Shown here: positions 11,425-23,095 of the stretch, piece by piece
Layout: every line of letters starts with the position of its first letter
Numbering within the stretch: position 1 is the first letter of the stretch
Origin: Octopus sinensis
Taxonomy: Eukaryota
NCBI RefSeq assembly: GCF_006345805.1
Contig: NC_043004.1
Span: 5,952,001 to 6,016,000 of the forward strand
Direction of reading: 5' to 3'
DNA length: 64,000 bases
The notes under the pieces: generated by a model
What the model was told of the DNA's origin: nothing
Database searches by the model: none
What the model saw: only the letters and a program-made list of their open reading frames with translations
Translations under genes and position numbers: made by a program

Positions 11425-13299
11425 ACTTTTACATCTTTACCATTCTTCCGTCTGGCCTGTATTTTCTTGAGATACCTGCTACATACATATGCGTAAAATG
11501 TAAATAACTTTACTATTTTTTTAATTACATATCAATCATCATCTGTACCATTAGACATTCTTCATCAGTCTAAATAAGGACACACGATGTAGTTTATGCA
11601 CCCTTAAACAGATGTAATGGTCACGGCCGGAATGCCTTTGATCGTAGCTGTACCCGATCTGACTTGACCTTCGACTAAACAATAACAATCGCTGTCTAAA
11701 TAAATTACATTAATCTCCTGAATTTATTATCTTGAGACATTTTTGAGAAATTTCTTTCTGAATTTTATTTTGTCTTGTTCCTTTGAACGGTGCTTTTTTT
11801 TTTTCAAGTATGTGAAGAATTCTACACTGAAAATAATCATTTCCATTGTTTTCGCGCATTTTCAAATGATTTCAATTTGACTTGATTAATATTTTCTCAA
11901 TATTCTACACATTTCAAGTATAATATATTCTCCAAAACATCTTTTATCAAAAATGCTGTCTAGTTAAAAATATTAATTCATTAACTGAAAAATGAATTTT
12001 TATAAACAAATTTACAAAAGAAATTATTCGTGTTTGATTTTGCTCTTTTAAATTTTTGTTTCGTTTTTGAAAAGAATATTTGATAAGGAATATATATATA
12101 GCTACAATGGTAGTTTATTGAAACTACATTTTGCTATTTTTTCAATATGTTCCAGTTTCTGTTACTTTGGTATTTTTCGAAAGATAAATGAAAGATGCTT
12201 TCATACCATATGCAAGAGGAATGCAGTGGTGCAATATTTTAAATTATTCAATTATTTTTGTCCCTATAACCTTTTGATAATTTGAAAAAATATTTCAGGC
12301 GCTACTTATAAAAAGGAAAAAAAAAAAAGAAAGCAATTAATTTATTAGATTTATGAGATTTATCCTCAAAGATTGACGGCTTAAATTTGAGGAATTTCTT
12401 TAAGAAATTCTTCCTCATTTAAAGCAGTCTCTTACACATGTTTAAAAAATTTAGTTGGGAATAGGCCAATGTGATTGCATTCTATTTAGTGAGTTTCTGT
12501 GATTTTGACTTCTTGTGTATATTGCGATACAGCGTTATTGAATTAAAGAAAATTTAACTTCGCTGCTTTGTTAATTGTATTTCCGTATATCACAGTTGTC
12601 ACACGTCTAATTAATTAATACCCACTACATTGCTTGATTTTTTTTTCTTTTGGTAACATTCTCTGAGAACGAAGATTTATTAAATGAATCTTGTGATATC
12701 ATTGAAACACCTCAAAGACCGTAATCATAATCTTTAGATAACTGGAATTCTTAAAATGTGGTCGTTTTGAAATGAATTGGACAGTAATGGCGAGTAAATA
12801 AAAATATTCACCATGGTTGTTTCATTTAATTTGGGATCATTCTTGGACATTCCAGCACCATATTGTGGCATTTTGAGGTTTGCGGGTGTATTAGTTTTTA
12901 CTGTAACTTTAGTAAACCTTCTACAGCTTAGTAATAGTATTATAAATAACATAACTTCACATTGCTAGCAAATGTTAAGTATCATAGTTTTAAATAACAT
13001 TTTATTGACCCCTCATAGAGTCAAGACATTTCGAAAACTAAAATATTTCAGTCTTTAACAACAATTCATACTATTATATTACTATCACAAAGTTCAGACA
13101 CTAAGCTGTACAATGGAATACCCAATTATGTATCTGGAACTAAATTCCTACCATATATCATTCTAGATAATTCAAAGAAAGTCGTCTGCTTCCTGATAGA
13201 GGCAAGCCAACTTCACCAACAAAAGCAGAAAACCACCGGTCTACTGTCTACTTGTGTTCTTTCTTTCTTTCTTTCTTTCTCTTTCTCTCAATTTTCCAT

Positions 13300-13572
13300 A
13301 GCTGCTGCAGTAGTTATTACCGCTTTGAAATTGCTGTCTTGAACAGTGTGTTCGTTGCATCACACCTTCACACACGCACACGTTCTCTCTCTCTCTCTCT
13401 TTCAAACAAACCAAAGTTTATTTCTATGAATACCTGTAGTGGATTTCCATTTCATTCAGATCAAGGAACTAAGTGATCGCCTTGAAACTGTTCTGTTTGC
13501 CTTAGCTCATCTTAATTTTTTAACTATGCTAACTAATTACTACTGGCCAGAAATCTTCGTGTCTGTTTTTCT
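13300..13572 (+). other. Candidate non-coding 5' exon
   Basis: Unique sequence ending in donor CT|GTAAGT at 13572/13573; no long ORF. Confidence 0.25.
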
Positions 13573-13784
13573 GTAAGTAAAACCCTCCGTCGCATGGTCA
13601 AGCAGTCTCCAGTTTGATATTCTTTGTTGAGGAGGTAACAACAAGGTTAAAAGATCAGATTTCCCCACAAGAATTATAGATCAGTTTGGTGAAATTAATT
13701 TTTAATTTATTGAAATTATCTCCCCTTGTCTGTCATTGTCTCTTAAAATTTCTTTTATTCTCTTTTCCCACTTAAGAAAGAAAT

Positions 13785-14410
13785 TGCTTACCAACCACAT
13801 GGTTCTGAGTTCAGTCCCACTACGTGGCACCTTGGGCAAGTGTCTTCTACCATAGCCTTGGATTGAGCAAAGCCTTGTGAGTGGATTTGGTAGACAGAAA
13901 CAGGAAAAAGCCTGTCATATATATATGTGTGTGTGTGTGTCTGTCTGCTTGTCCCCCACCATCGCTTGACAACTGATGTTGGTGTGTTTACGTTCCTGTA
14001 ACTTAGCAGTTTGGCAAAATAGATCGAGTAGAATAAGTCCTGGGATCTATTTTACTCGTTTCAGTCATTTGACTGTGACCATGCTGGAGCACTACCTTTA
14101 GTCAAACAAATCGACCCCAGGACTGATTCTTTGTAAGCCTAGTACTAGTACCTATTCTATCAGTCTTGCCGAACCACTAAGTTTTGGGGGACTTAAACAC
14201 ACCAACATCGGTTGTCAAGTGATGAGATAAACATAGACACATAAATATATATATACGATGGTCTTTCAGTTTCTGTCTACCAAATCCACTCACAAAGCTT
14301 TGGTTGGGCCAAGGCTATAGTAGAAGACAATTGCCCAAAGTACCACGCAGTGGGATTGAACCCAGGACCATGTGGTTGGGAAGAAAGCTTCTTACCACAC
14401 AGCCACTCCT
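13785..14410. mobile_element. Two abutting, oppositely oriented family A SINEs (+ 13785-14055, - 14055-14410)
   Basis: Family head on + at 13785 and on - at about 14405. Confidence 0.8.
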
Positions 14411-14989
14411 GCACACAGTTCATAATTGACAAAGACATTAGAATATTACCATATGTGGTGTCATGTAAAATGCACTCTTCCAAAAACAATTTCTCAAAAA
14501 AAAATCACCCTGGGACCTATATCCTAAATTGGACCCATATTACATGCTTCTGAGAACAACACTTAACATAAAATTGTAGTCCCATACAACAAATGAAGTT
14601 CTTTATGGTAATCTTTCAAGAGTTACCTCCATGAATGTAAGAAGAGTTTCTGTGGACACTGCTTTTGTAGTAAGGATGAAGTAGAGATTGAAATGCTAAT
14701 GTGGGAACCAAAACGGAAAATGACCCACGGGTCAGTCTGCCAGGATCTTTATTGACCAACTGGTTGAAGTCCAAGAGCAATTTTGGAGATAAGTGGTTGA
14801 TGGTGTTTGTCTGTGGACAATATGGTAGGTGTGTATGTATATAGGTAGGTAGGTAGATAGGTAATGCACTAAAAACTATATTTTTTTTCCTGAATATGTA
14901 CTGCTGCAATTGTGGTGCATTTAATATGTCCATGCTTCTTTTATGCCATCAAATAAATTAATATGAAAGATAACAGATTCTATTCCAGG

Positions 14990-15325
14990 TATTAAACGGC
15001 TTCATATGTCTAATATTTGTGGACATGCTTACAAAATCAAAATACAACACAACATCCATAAATTTCGGAAACACATTTTCACACTCAGAATTGCTGAAGC
15101 ATGGAATGAACTACTCACATTAGTTGTTAGCTGTCAGGACACTACATCCTTCTAAACTTCCATGCTTTCTGAAATTCACCAACAGTACACCTGATGTCCA
15201 CTCTGCATTTTTTAAACGATTCATTCACTGTTCACTTCCCGTGCATTATTCTGTGTGCTGTTCATGCACTTTTGGCTACTTTTTCTGATGGATTGTAATG
15301 CAACTGAGCACTATATACAATAAGT
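14990..15325 (+). mobile_element. CR1-type LINE 3' end
   Basis: GHAYKIKIQHNIHKFRKHIFTLRIAEAWNEL resembles the CR1 terminal GH.FKL...RK.FF..R....WN.LP motif. Confidence 0.65.
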
Positions 15326-15359
15326 TCATTACTATTATATAATGATTCTGATAATTGAG

Positions 15360-15730
15360 AAGTGGCTGTGGTAAGTAGCTTGCTTACCAACCACATGGTT
15401 CCGGGTTCACTCCCACTGCATGGTACCTCGGACAAGTGTCTCTTACTATAGCCTTGGGCTGACCAAAGCCATGTGAGTGGATTTGGTTAACGGAAACTGA
15501 AAGAAGCCCATTGTATATATACATGTATGTGTATGTATGTATTTGTCCCCCCCCCATTTGACAGATGACGATGGTGTGTTTACATCCCCGTAACTTAATG
15601 GTTCGGCAAAAGCAACCGATAGAATAAATACTAGGCTCACAAAGAATAAGTCCTGGGGTCAATTTGCTCGACTAAAGGCAGTGCTCCAGCATGGCCACAG
15701 TCAAATGACTGAAACAAGTAAAAGAGTAAA
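15360..15730 (+). mobile_element. SINE family A, full length
   Basis: GTGGCTGTGGTAAGTAGCTTGCTTACCAACCACATGGTTCCGGGTTCA head through TGACTGAAACAAGTAAAAGAGT tail. Confidence 0.85.
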
Positions 15731-16039
15731 CAATTTGACTAATGACTGGTATGGATTGGGCACTCAACATTTAGTTTACAATACTTAAACTCATCTTTAA
15801 TTTGCCTTGACACTTTTATCTTTCAGATTCATATGGAATATGGAACATGCATTTAATTTGTTCCTCTCCATATTGTAAGAATCTTCATCATCCAAATTAT
15901 AATTCCAATTATACATTATCCTTCTTTCGTGTGAATAAAATACATTCAGTGCAAAAATGTAATTGATGCTACACTGTATCAAAATTATTATTCACCTCCA
16001 CCTCCTTTCAATCATTTAACCATGCTGTAGTACCACATT

Positions 16040-16352
16040 CAAGTGTTTAGTCAAATCAGCCCTAGTATTTATTTTTGCTTTTAAGCTTTGTATTTATTCT
16101 GTCAGTCTCTTTGGCTGAACCACTAAGTTACAAGGACATAAACAAACCAACGCCAGTTGTCAAGTAGTGGTGGTGTGAGGACAAACATGCACACACATAC
16201 AATGGGCTTCCACGCAGTTTCTGTCTCTAAATTCAGTCACAAGGCATTGGTCAGCTGTTGTTGATAGTCAAAGACACCTTTCCTAAGTGCTGTGCAGTGA
16301 GACTGAACCCAAAATCTGGCAGTTACAATGTGAGCTTCTTAACCACACAGCC
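16040..16352 (-). mobile_element. SINE family A
   Basis: Reverse-complement family motifs. Confidence 0.7.
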
Positions 16353-16474
16353 TAGCAAAAGTTGCATATTTTGTAATATTTTCTTATACAATCAAAACTA
16401 AAATGAGTTATATAAATCAATTTTTGTAGAAATTTAAATCCCTGACAGCAGACAATGAATGAAATTGAAACCTC

Positions 16475-16940
16475 ACTGTAAACCAGGGACAAGCAACTTT
16501 TCATCAACTGAGGGCCACGTGATACCATTTCCAAGTGGGAGAGGGCCACATGATAAAACACATATGCATGAAATATTACTTGCCCACTTTACACTGAATT
16601 TTTTGCAGTTCTTAATTTTATTTGTTTTAATATAAAAGTTTACATTAAGCTGGCATCTCTCATTATTTCCTAATGATAATGATGATGATGACTAGTGTAA
16701 ATAAATTATAGTTTAGAATATTGAGGTAAAAAATGTAAATTCATTGATATTTTAATAAAGAACAAATTTCATTATCTGTATCAATGAAATTTTTGCACTT
16801 TCACATTCTTTACCATATCTCCAATATTAGGTAGAATTTGAGATGTCACTACTTTTAGGTTATGCTGCAAATTTGTAACCTAGAAATTCATTGAGGGCTG
16901 CACAACATGTCGAGGGTCGCAGGTTACTCATGCATGCTAT
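16475..16940. mobile_element. Old hAT-like MITE
   Basis: Degenerate CAGGGACAAGCAAC...GAGGGCCAC start and AGGTTACTCATGCATG end, similar to Charlie-type MITEs. Confidence 0.4.
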
Positions 16941-17087
16941 AAAACTTTGTGACTTTAAGCAAGGTACACTACTCTGCCTGCTTCACTCAAACACTTCCAT
17001 TTCACTTAAAACCCATCTGCAAACGAATTTCAGAATCTAATGTTAAAATCCATGTTAGCAGTGCACATTCCTCTAAACTAGCGTCTG

Positions 17088-17460
17088 TAGGTGCAGGTAT
17101 GGCTGGGGGGTTAAGAAACATGCTTTGCAATCTTCATGGTTTCAGGTTCAATCCCACAGCATGGTACCTTGGGAAAGTGTTTTCTACTGTAGCTCCAGAC
17201 CAACCAGTATCTTGTAATTGAATTTGGTAGACAGAAACTGAAAGAAGCCCATTGTATATAAATAGATATATGTGTGTATTTGTCTCCCTACATTGCTTGA
17301 CAATGCTGAAACTTAGCAGTTCAGCAAAAGTGACTGATAGAATAAGTACCAAGCTTTAAAAAATAAGTATTGGGGTTGATATATTCAACTAAAATCCTTT
17401 GAAGCAGTGGACCCAGCATGGCTGCAGTCCAATGACTGAAACAAGTACAAGGTACAAGAA
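17088..17460 (+). mobile_element. SINE family A
   Basis: Head, core and tail motifs present. Confidence 0.8.
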
Positions 17461-18059
17461 GATAGAGAAGTAGCTGCTAAAATAGTTTGAATAAAAAGTG
17501 TCCATTCTTTTTCTAGATTGAGAGGTTAAAATTAAAGTCTAACCCATGCCATCATGGGACATGGACTTAAATGACAACGAGAAACCCATGTCTAACTAAA
17601 TCTAAAATAATTTTGAGTGATGGTGCACTGTAAAAAGCACCCAGAACACTGTAAAGTGGTTGGTGTTAGGAAGGGCATCCAGCCATACAAACCATACCAC
17701 AGCAACTCTGCAACTTTTCTGCTCTCTGTCAAACCATCCAACCCAGGCCAGTATGGGAAGCAGATGTTAAATGATGATAATGATGCTTGAAAGAAATTTG
17801 GCAAAAAATTTAGCAATTATGATTGTTAATTCATTTATAACTCAAATCATGATCTCCAGTACATGCTGTTACTCTTCCTCCAGAAATGTGCTAATCTTGT
17901 CCTTTCTCTACATTTTACAATAAGCACTGAGATTTTAGTATTAATAGTAAGTATTTTTGCTTTTTGTTCAGTTGTTCTGTGCTGGCATGGGTTAAAGCAG
18001 GGGTAAATTACCCCAAGTAGGGTTAAAAATGAAATTCTTGAGGGTAACGAGGACTCATT

Positions 18060-18290
18060 AAACATTCCATGCCAGTGGCTGTTGCCATCCTCGTCTGGCA
18101 CCTGTGCCAGTGGCACGTAAAGAGCACCCACTACACTCACGGAGTGGTTGGCATTAGGAAGGGCATCCAGCTGTAGAAACACTGCCAGATCAGACTGTGC
18201 CTGATGCAGCCTTCTGGCTTCCCAGACCCCAGTTGAACCGTCCAACCCATGCTAGCATGGAAAGCGGACGTTAAACGATGATGATGAATC
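18060..18290 (+). mobile_element. RTE-derived 3' end (family C; further copies at about 17625-17785, 18460-18600, 23370-23760, 31960-32230, 35430-35750, 39150-39450, 39680-40090, 44740-45300, 46860-47070, 47580-47830, 49200-49350, 54870-55200)
   Basis: TTGGCATTAGGAAGGGCATCCAGCTGTAGAAAC...CCCATGCTAGCATGGAAAGCGGACGTTAAACGATGATGAT, the same tail as the RTE at 36065-37530. Confidence 0.75.
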
Positions 18291-19489
18291 CTGTCCTAAT
18301 TTTCCACAAATTTCACCTCTGCAGAAATTGGAGATGATGTTCAAAAGTTGGTCTATTCCATGTGTGCTTGAGAAGTCTGTAAAATCATCATAGGAAGTTT
18401 TCCAGCTGTATATCTATTCAACTCTAACCCTACCAGGAGGATGACTTTAAAACACATCATCATCATCATCATTATTTAATATCTGCTTTCCATGCTGGCA
18501 TGGGTTGGACGGTTTGATGGGCTGGTTAGGTAGATTACATCAGGCTTCGCTGTCTGTTTTGAGATGGTTCTTACAACTGGATACCCTTCCTAACACCAGC
18601 CTTTAGATTGCTTTATATATTCATGTATTATAATTCAACAAAATATAGGCATAGGCGTGGCTGTGTGCTTTTGGGCTCAATCTCACTGTCCTTCATTTCC
18701 AATCTTCTATGATATGTCTGGGAAAATATTACTCTACTTGATAACAGAAAGGGCATTGAACCATAGAAAATCTGCCTCAATAAATTCCGTCTGACCCATG
18801 CAAGCATGGGAAAATAAACGTTAAAACAATGATGATGATTGTTGTATTCCTCATCTTAAACATAGAACAAGGAAAAACACGAAGACTTAAAAAAGACTTA
18901 AAAAATCACACTTTCTTTAAAATAACTTAACTGTTAAAAACAAAATTTTCATTTGAATTTTTGTTTTTTAGTTTTGAAAGTTAAAAGGGGTTCTTACTAA
19001 TATGATGTAACAATACTTTTATGGTGATTTTTGTCAAAATTATTTCGACCTATAAATAAATGTATCTTGTTGAACTAACATCTTAAAGCATTCTAGGGCA
19101 GTATTTGCTGTAAAGGGGCGTAACTGTGTAATTTCCACTTCGGCTTCTGTTGCATTCGAATTTCCCGAAGTCTTTTTTCATTCAAAGCTTTCGAAAATAA
19201 ATATAATTATCTTCTTGATTGAACTTACATTTAATTCTAATATTATTTGTTTATTTTAGATTTCTAAGCTTCAAAACTATTGAGATCATATTACTATCGA
19301 AATTAGTGGGTATTTTGCAATAATATCAAACATGGTTTCAAAATATAAAGAAAACGTTACATGCCCTAATAGTACGTTTTAGTTTACGGACATTAGATAT
19401 GTGCAGGAGAAAAAAAAGTTGTTTAAACTGTTTCTCATATCTGAAATTGAGATCTTAAAAGTTGCAAATTGACTCAACCAAACTTTATC

Positions 19490-19980
19490 TTTTATCTTTT
19501 ACTTGTTTCAGTCATTGGACTGCAGCCATGCTGGGGTGACACCTTGAAGGTTTCTGTCAAACAAATCCGGTCCAGTACTTATTTCTAAGTTTGACACTTA
19601 TTCGGTTGGTGTCTTTTGTTGAACAGCTATGTCACAGGGGACAGGCAGTTATGGAGGACACACACAGAGAATTACATGCATATATTCAATAGGCAGAGCC
19701 GGCCCTTGGGTTGCTGGTGCCCCAGGCAAGCAGAATTTTAGTGTGTACAAGCTGACGGTCGAGGAAATTTCCTTGTCTTTGTCATGTTCTCCTTGGCACC
19801 CCAGGCGACCCTGTCAATAGGCCTCCACACATTTTCCATCAACCAAATCCACTCATAAGGCATTGTCAGACTTGGAGCTTTAGCAGAAGACGCCCCAGAT
19901 GTACCAGGCAGTGGGACTGAACCCAAAGCCGTGTGATTGCAACACAAGCTCCTTAACCACATAGCTGTGCTTGTAAAGAC
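19490..19980 (-). mobile_element. SINE family A interrupted by a hAT-like fragment (about 19690-19810)
   Basis: Family motifs flank CAGAGCCGGCCC...GGTGCCCCAGGC. Confidence 0.65.
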
Positions 19981-21154
19981 AATTAGTCAACGATAATTTA
20001 ATTGCACGCTAGGATATGAAGAATTATTTATGCATGAATCCTTCACGAAGACTAACTTATCTATCATACATATTATAAAAGAAATCTCATTTACTGACTT
20101 GACAAATCAATGCTGTTCACTTGTACTCTATCTATTACTGTTATCAAGGATTTCATGAAAAACATACAAGTTGAGATCTCTCAATCTTAGAATATTGTAA
20201 TGCAATGTAGTAAAGAAATACTGGCTACATGAATCTATGGGTGTGTGTGTGTTTCGTCCTCATTGTTTTAATGTCCACTTTTCCATACTGGCAGATATTG
20301 GATAGTTTGAAAGGAGCTGGCAAGGCTAGAAACCACACCCAGTTCCTTTGTCAGTTTTGGCATAGTTTCTACTGCTGGATGCCCTTCCTGATGGCAAAAA
20401 GTTAAATTGCCTTCCCAGCTGGGAATTGAACCCCAGTCTCCTGCATGATAGACAGGAATACTTACCACTGAATATATATATATATGACACAGGTATGGAA
20501 ATTCAGTACGTGTTGCACTTCATCAGATTTTTAAACTTGCAGATGCTGATGAAGCGCAGCATGTTAAATAATGATGACGATGATGATATATAAATATAGT
20601 CCAAAGGTTTTGGGCAGTTTTGGACTTCAATAGAAGACACTTGCCCAAAGTGCCATGTATTGGGATTAAATCCAAACCCTTACGGTTGAGAAGCAAAATT
20701 CCTAACCACACCTGCACCAATACTTTCAATAATATCCCTGGCATAACAGCTGTGATTGACAAGTACAGATAATAGTGGAAGTAATGGTTGATGATGAGGC
20801 AGTTCAACACATTTTAGTAAAACAAATCTGTTTTTGACAATTATACGACACATCTTTTTGTACAGGATGCCTAGCCTGTGGATGTTTCAGAAATTCACAG
20901 AAAAACCACAGAGCATTCACTCCTGAAATTGCCAAATAGCACTTACACAGTTTTCACAAAATATAGCTTGATCAGATGTAGCACTCCAGTTGAATGGGTT
21001 CATGGGGAACTGTTGTATAACTCTGAATTTCCTTAAGTTGAGCTTAGAGTTTTTGTCTGACCAAATATGGTTGTTAAATCCAAAGTTTCTGAGAATTAAA
21101 AACCTTACTGAAGGTTATGCAGTTACTCTTCTAAAAACAGCTGCAAGGAAATAA

Positions 21155-21870
21155 TGTGCTGGTATAGCTGTATGGTAAGAAGTTTGCTTCCAAATCACAT
21201 GGTTCTGGGTTCAGTTCCACTGCATGGCATCTTGGGCATGTGTCTTCTACTGTAGCTTCAGACCAACCAAAACCTTGTGAGTGGATTTGGTAGATGGAAA
21301 CTCTAAAATGTCTTATATATGTGTGTGTGTGTGTGTGCATGCATGTGTGTTTGTGTTTGATCCCCCCCACTGCTTGACAACTGGTGTTGGCGTGGTTTAC
21401 ATCCCCGTAACTTAGTGGTTCAGGAAAATAAGAATGATAGAATAAGTACCAGGTTTTACAAAAAAAATTAAGTACTGGGGTCGAGTCATTGAACTACAGT
21501 TCTTCAATGAAGTGCTCCAGCATGGTTGCAGTCTAATGATTGAAACAGGTAAAAGATAAAAGATACACAAATTGGTTGGGTTCTTTTTTTTTATGCATTG
21601 TGTTTTATGTAAGGCACAAATAATATCTTCACAAATGGTGTCTTTTGTCTTTTTATCATTTACTCATTTCAGTCCTTGGACTGTGGCCATGCTGGGGCAC
21701 TGCTTTGAAAGGTTTTAGTCAAACAAATTGACCCCGGTACTTATTTTTTTTTAAAGCCTGGTACTTATTCTATCTGTATTTTTGCCAAACTGCTAAATTA
21801 CAGGGACATAAACACACAAACACTGGTAGTCAAGAGGTGGTTGGAGACAAACGGAAATGCAAAAAAGCAC
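21155..21870. mobile_element. Family A SINEs (+ 21155-21560, - 21650-21870)
   Basis: Family motifs in both orientations. Confidence 0.75.
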
Positions 21871-21907
21871 AAATATATATATGATTATATATATATATAT
21901 ATATATT

Positions 21908-22178
21908 GATAGAAATGGTAAGACAACAAAAGAATGAAAGAGACATTGATATTATGTAAATAGAGGAATTTATCTGTAAATATAATATATGACAATTATT
22001 CGGTAGCCATGATAAAACTCCGAGTTTCAGATGTCGGGGCAGAAACCCATGCCGCCATCTCTTCAGTTATCGAGCCATTGAAAAAATGCTATGAAAAGTC
22101 CTATTTTTCATAGCATTTTTCGATGGCCGGATAACTGAAGAAATAGCGGAATGGGTTTCTGCCCCGACATCTGAAACT
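21908..22178 (-). mobile_element. Penelope-like pLTR-type element with inverted duplication (22023-22097 and 22104-22178)
   Basis: 75-bp imperfect inverted arms with a 6-nt loop, overlapping the hammerhead motif; PLE assignment is inference. Confidence 0.5.
22011..22071 (-). ncRNA. Minimal type I hammerhead ribozyme motif
   Basis: Minus strand GATAA-CTGAAGA-GATG...CATC-T-GAAA-CTC-G-GAG-T-T-TTATC: 5-bp stem I, stem II, stem III ACTC/GAGT, GUU cleavage triplet. Confidence 0.6.
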
Positions 22179-22705
22179 TGGAAGGCAAACTTCTTGCCAC
22201 ACAACCACACCAAGAGTACATTAGAGATATCTTCATATCTCTTTGGTGACACAAAATTTTTAGAAAGACCCACTTGTTCAAATTGTTTTAAGGCAGAACT
22301 GTAAGAAAATTTCAAAGGTCTTAAACTGATGTTTCCTTTCTTGAGCAGCAACAGAGGAGCTGGAATCAACATTAAGCCACTTTAGTCTTAAAAGATAAGC
22401 CATTCTGAATTGGTTGACTTATACAGCTTACTGAGTTTATCATTACTGTAAGATCAGCATTACTGAATATTGTTTAGGTTGAGCAAGTTGTTGGGCAATA
22501 GCAAGACATTTTATCCAATGGTTGATCATTAAACTGAACCAAAATAATACTTATCCAATAGCACAAATACCTTCATTCATATGACAAAATTCAGCAAAGC
22601 TTAGTTCATTTTGTGGTCAGAGTTTATAGATTATGTAATTATGTAACAGTAAAGATAAAGTATCATAACTTTCCTCCCGTCTTCTAAAAATCTTTTATCA
22701 GCATA

Positions 22706-23095
22706 TAGGCACAGGAGTGGCTGTGTGGTAAGTATCTTGCTTACCAACCACACGGTTCCGGGTTCAGTCCCAGTGCGTGGAACCTTGGGCAAGTGTCTTC
22801 TACTATAGCCTCAGGCCGACCAAAGCCTTGTGGGTGGATTTGGAAACTGAAAGAAGCCCGTTGTATATATGTATATGTACATATATGTGTGTGTCTGTGT
22901 TTGTCCCCTCAACATCGCTTGACAACCAATGCTGGTGTGTTTACGTCCCTGTAACTTAGCAGTTCAGCAAAAGAGACCGATAGAATAAGTACTAGGCTTA
23001 CAAAGAATAAGTCCTGGGGGTCAATTTGCTCAACTAAAGGCGGTGCTCCAGCATGGCCACAGTCAAATGACTGAAACAAGCAAAAGAATAAAAAA
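22706..23095 (+). mobile_element. SINE family A, full length
   Basis: Near-consensus head to tail. Confidence 0.85.

Noticed and set aside
23040-23095. AGTC-AAAT-GACT-GAAAC stem in SINE family A tails resembling hammerhead stem II-GAAA
   Set aside because: No CUGANGA core upstream; more likely the LINE-recognition 3' stem-loop.
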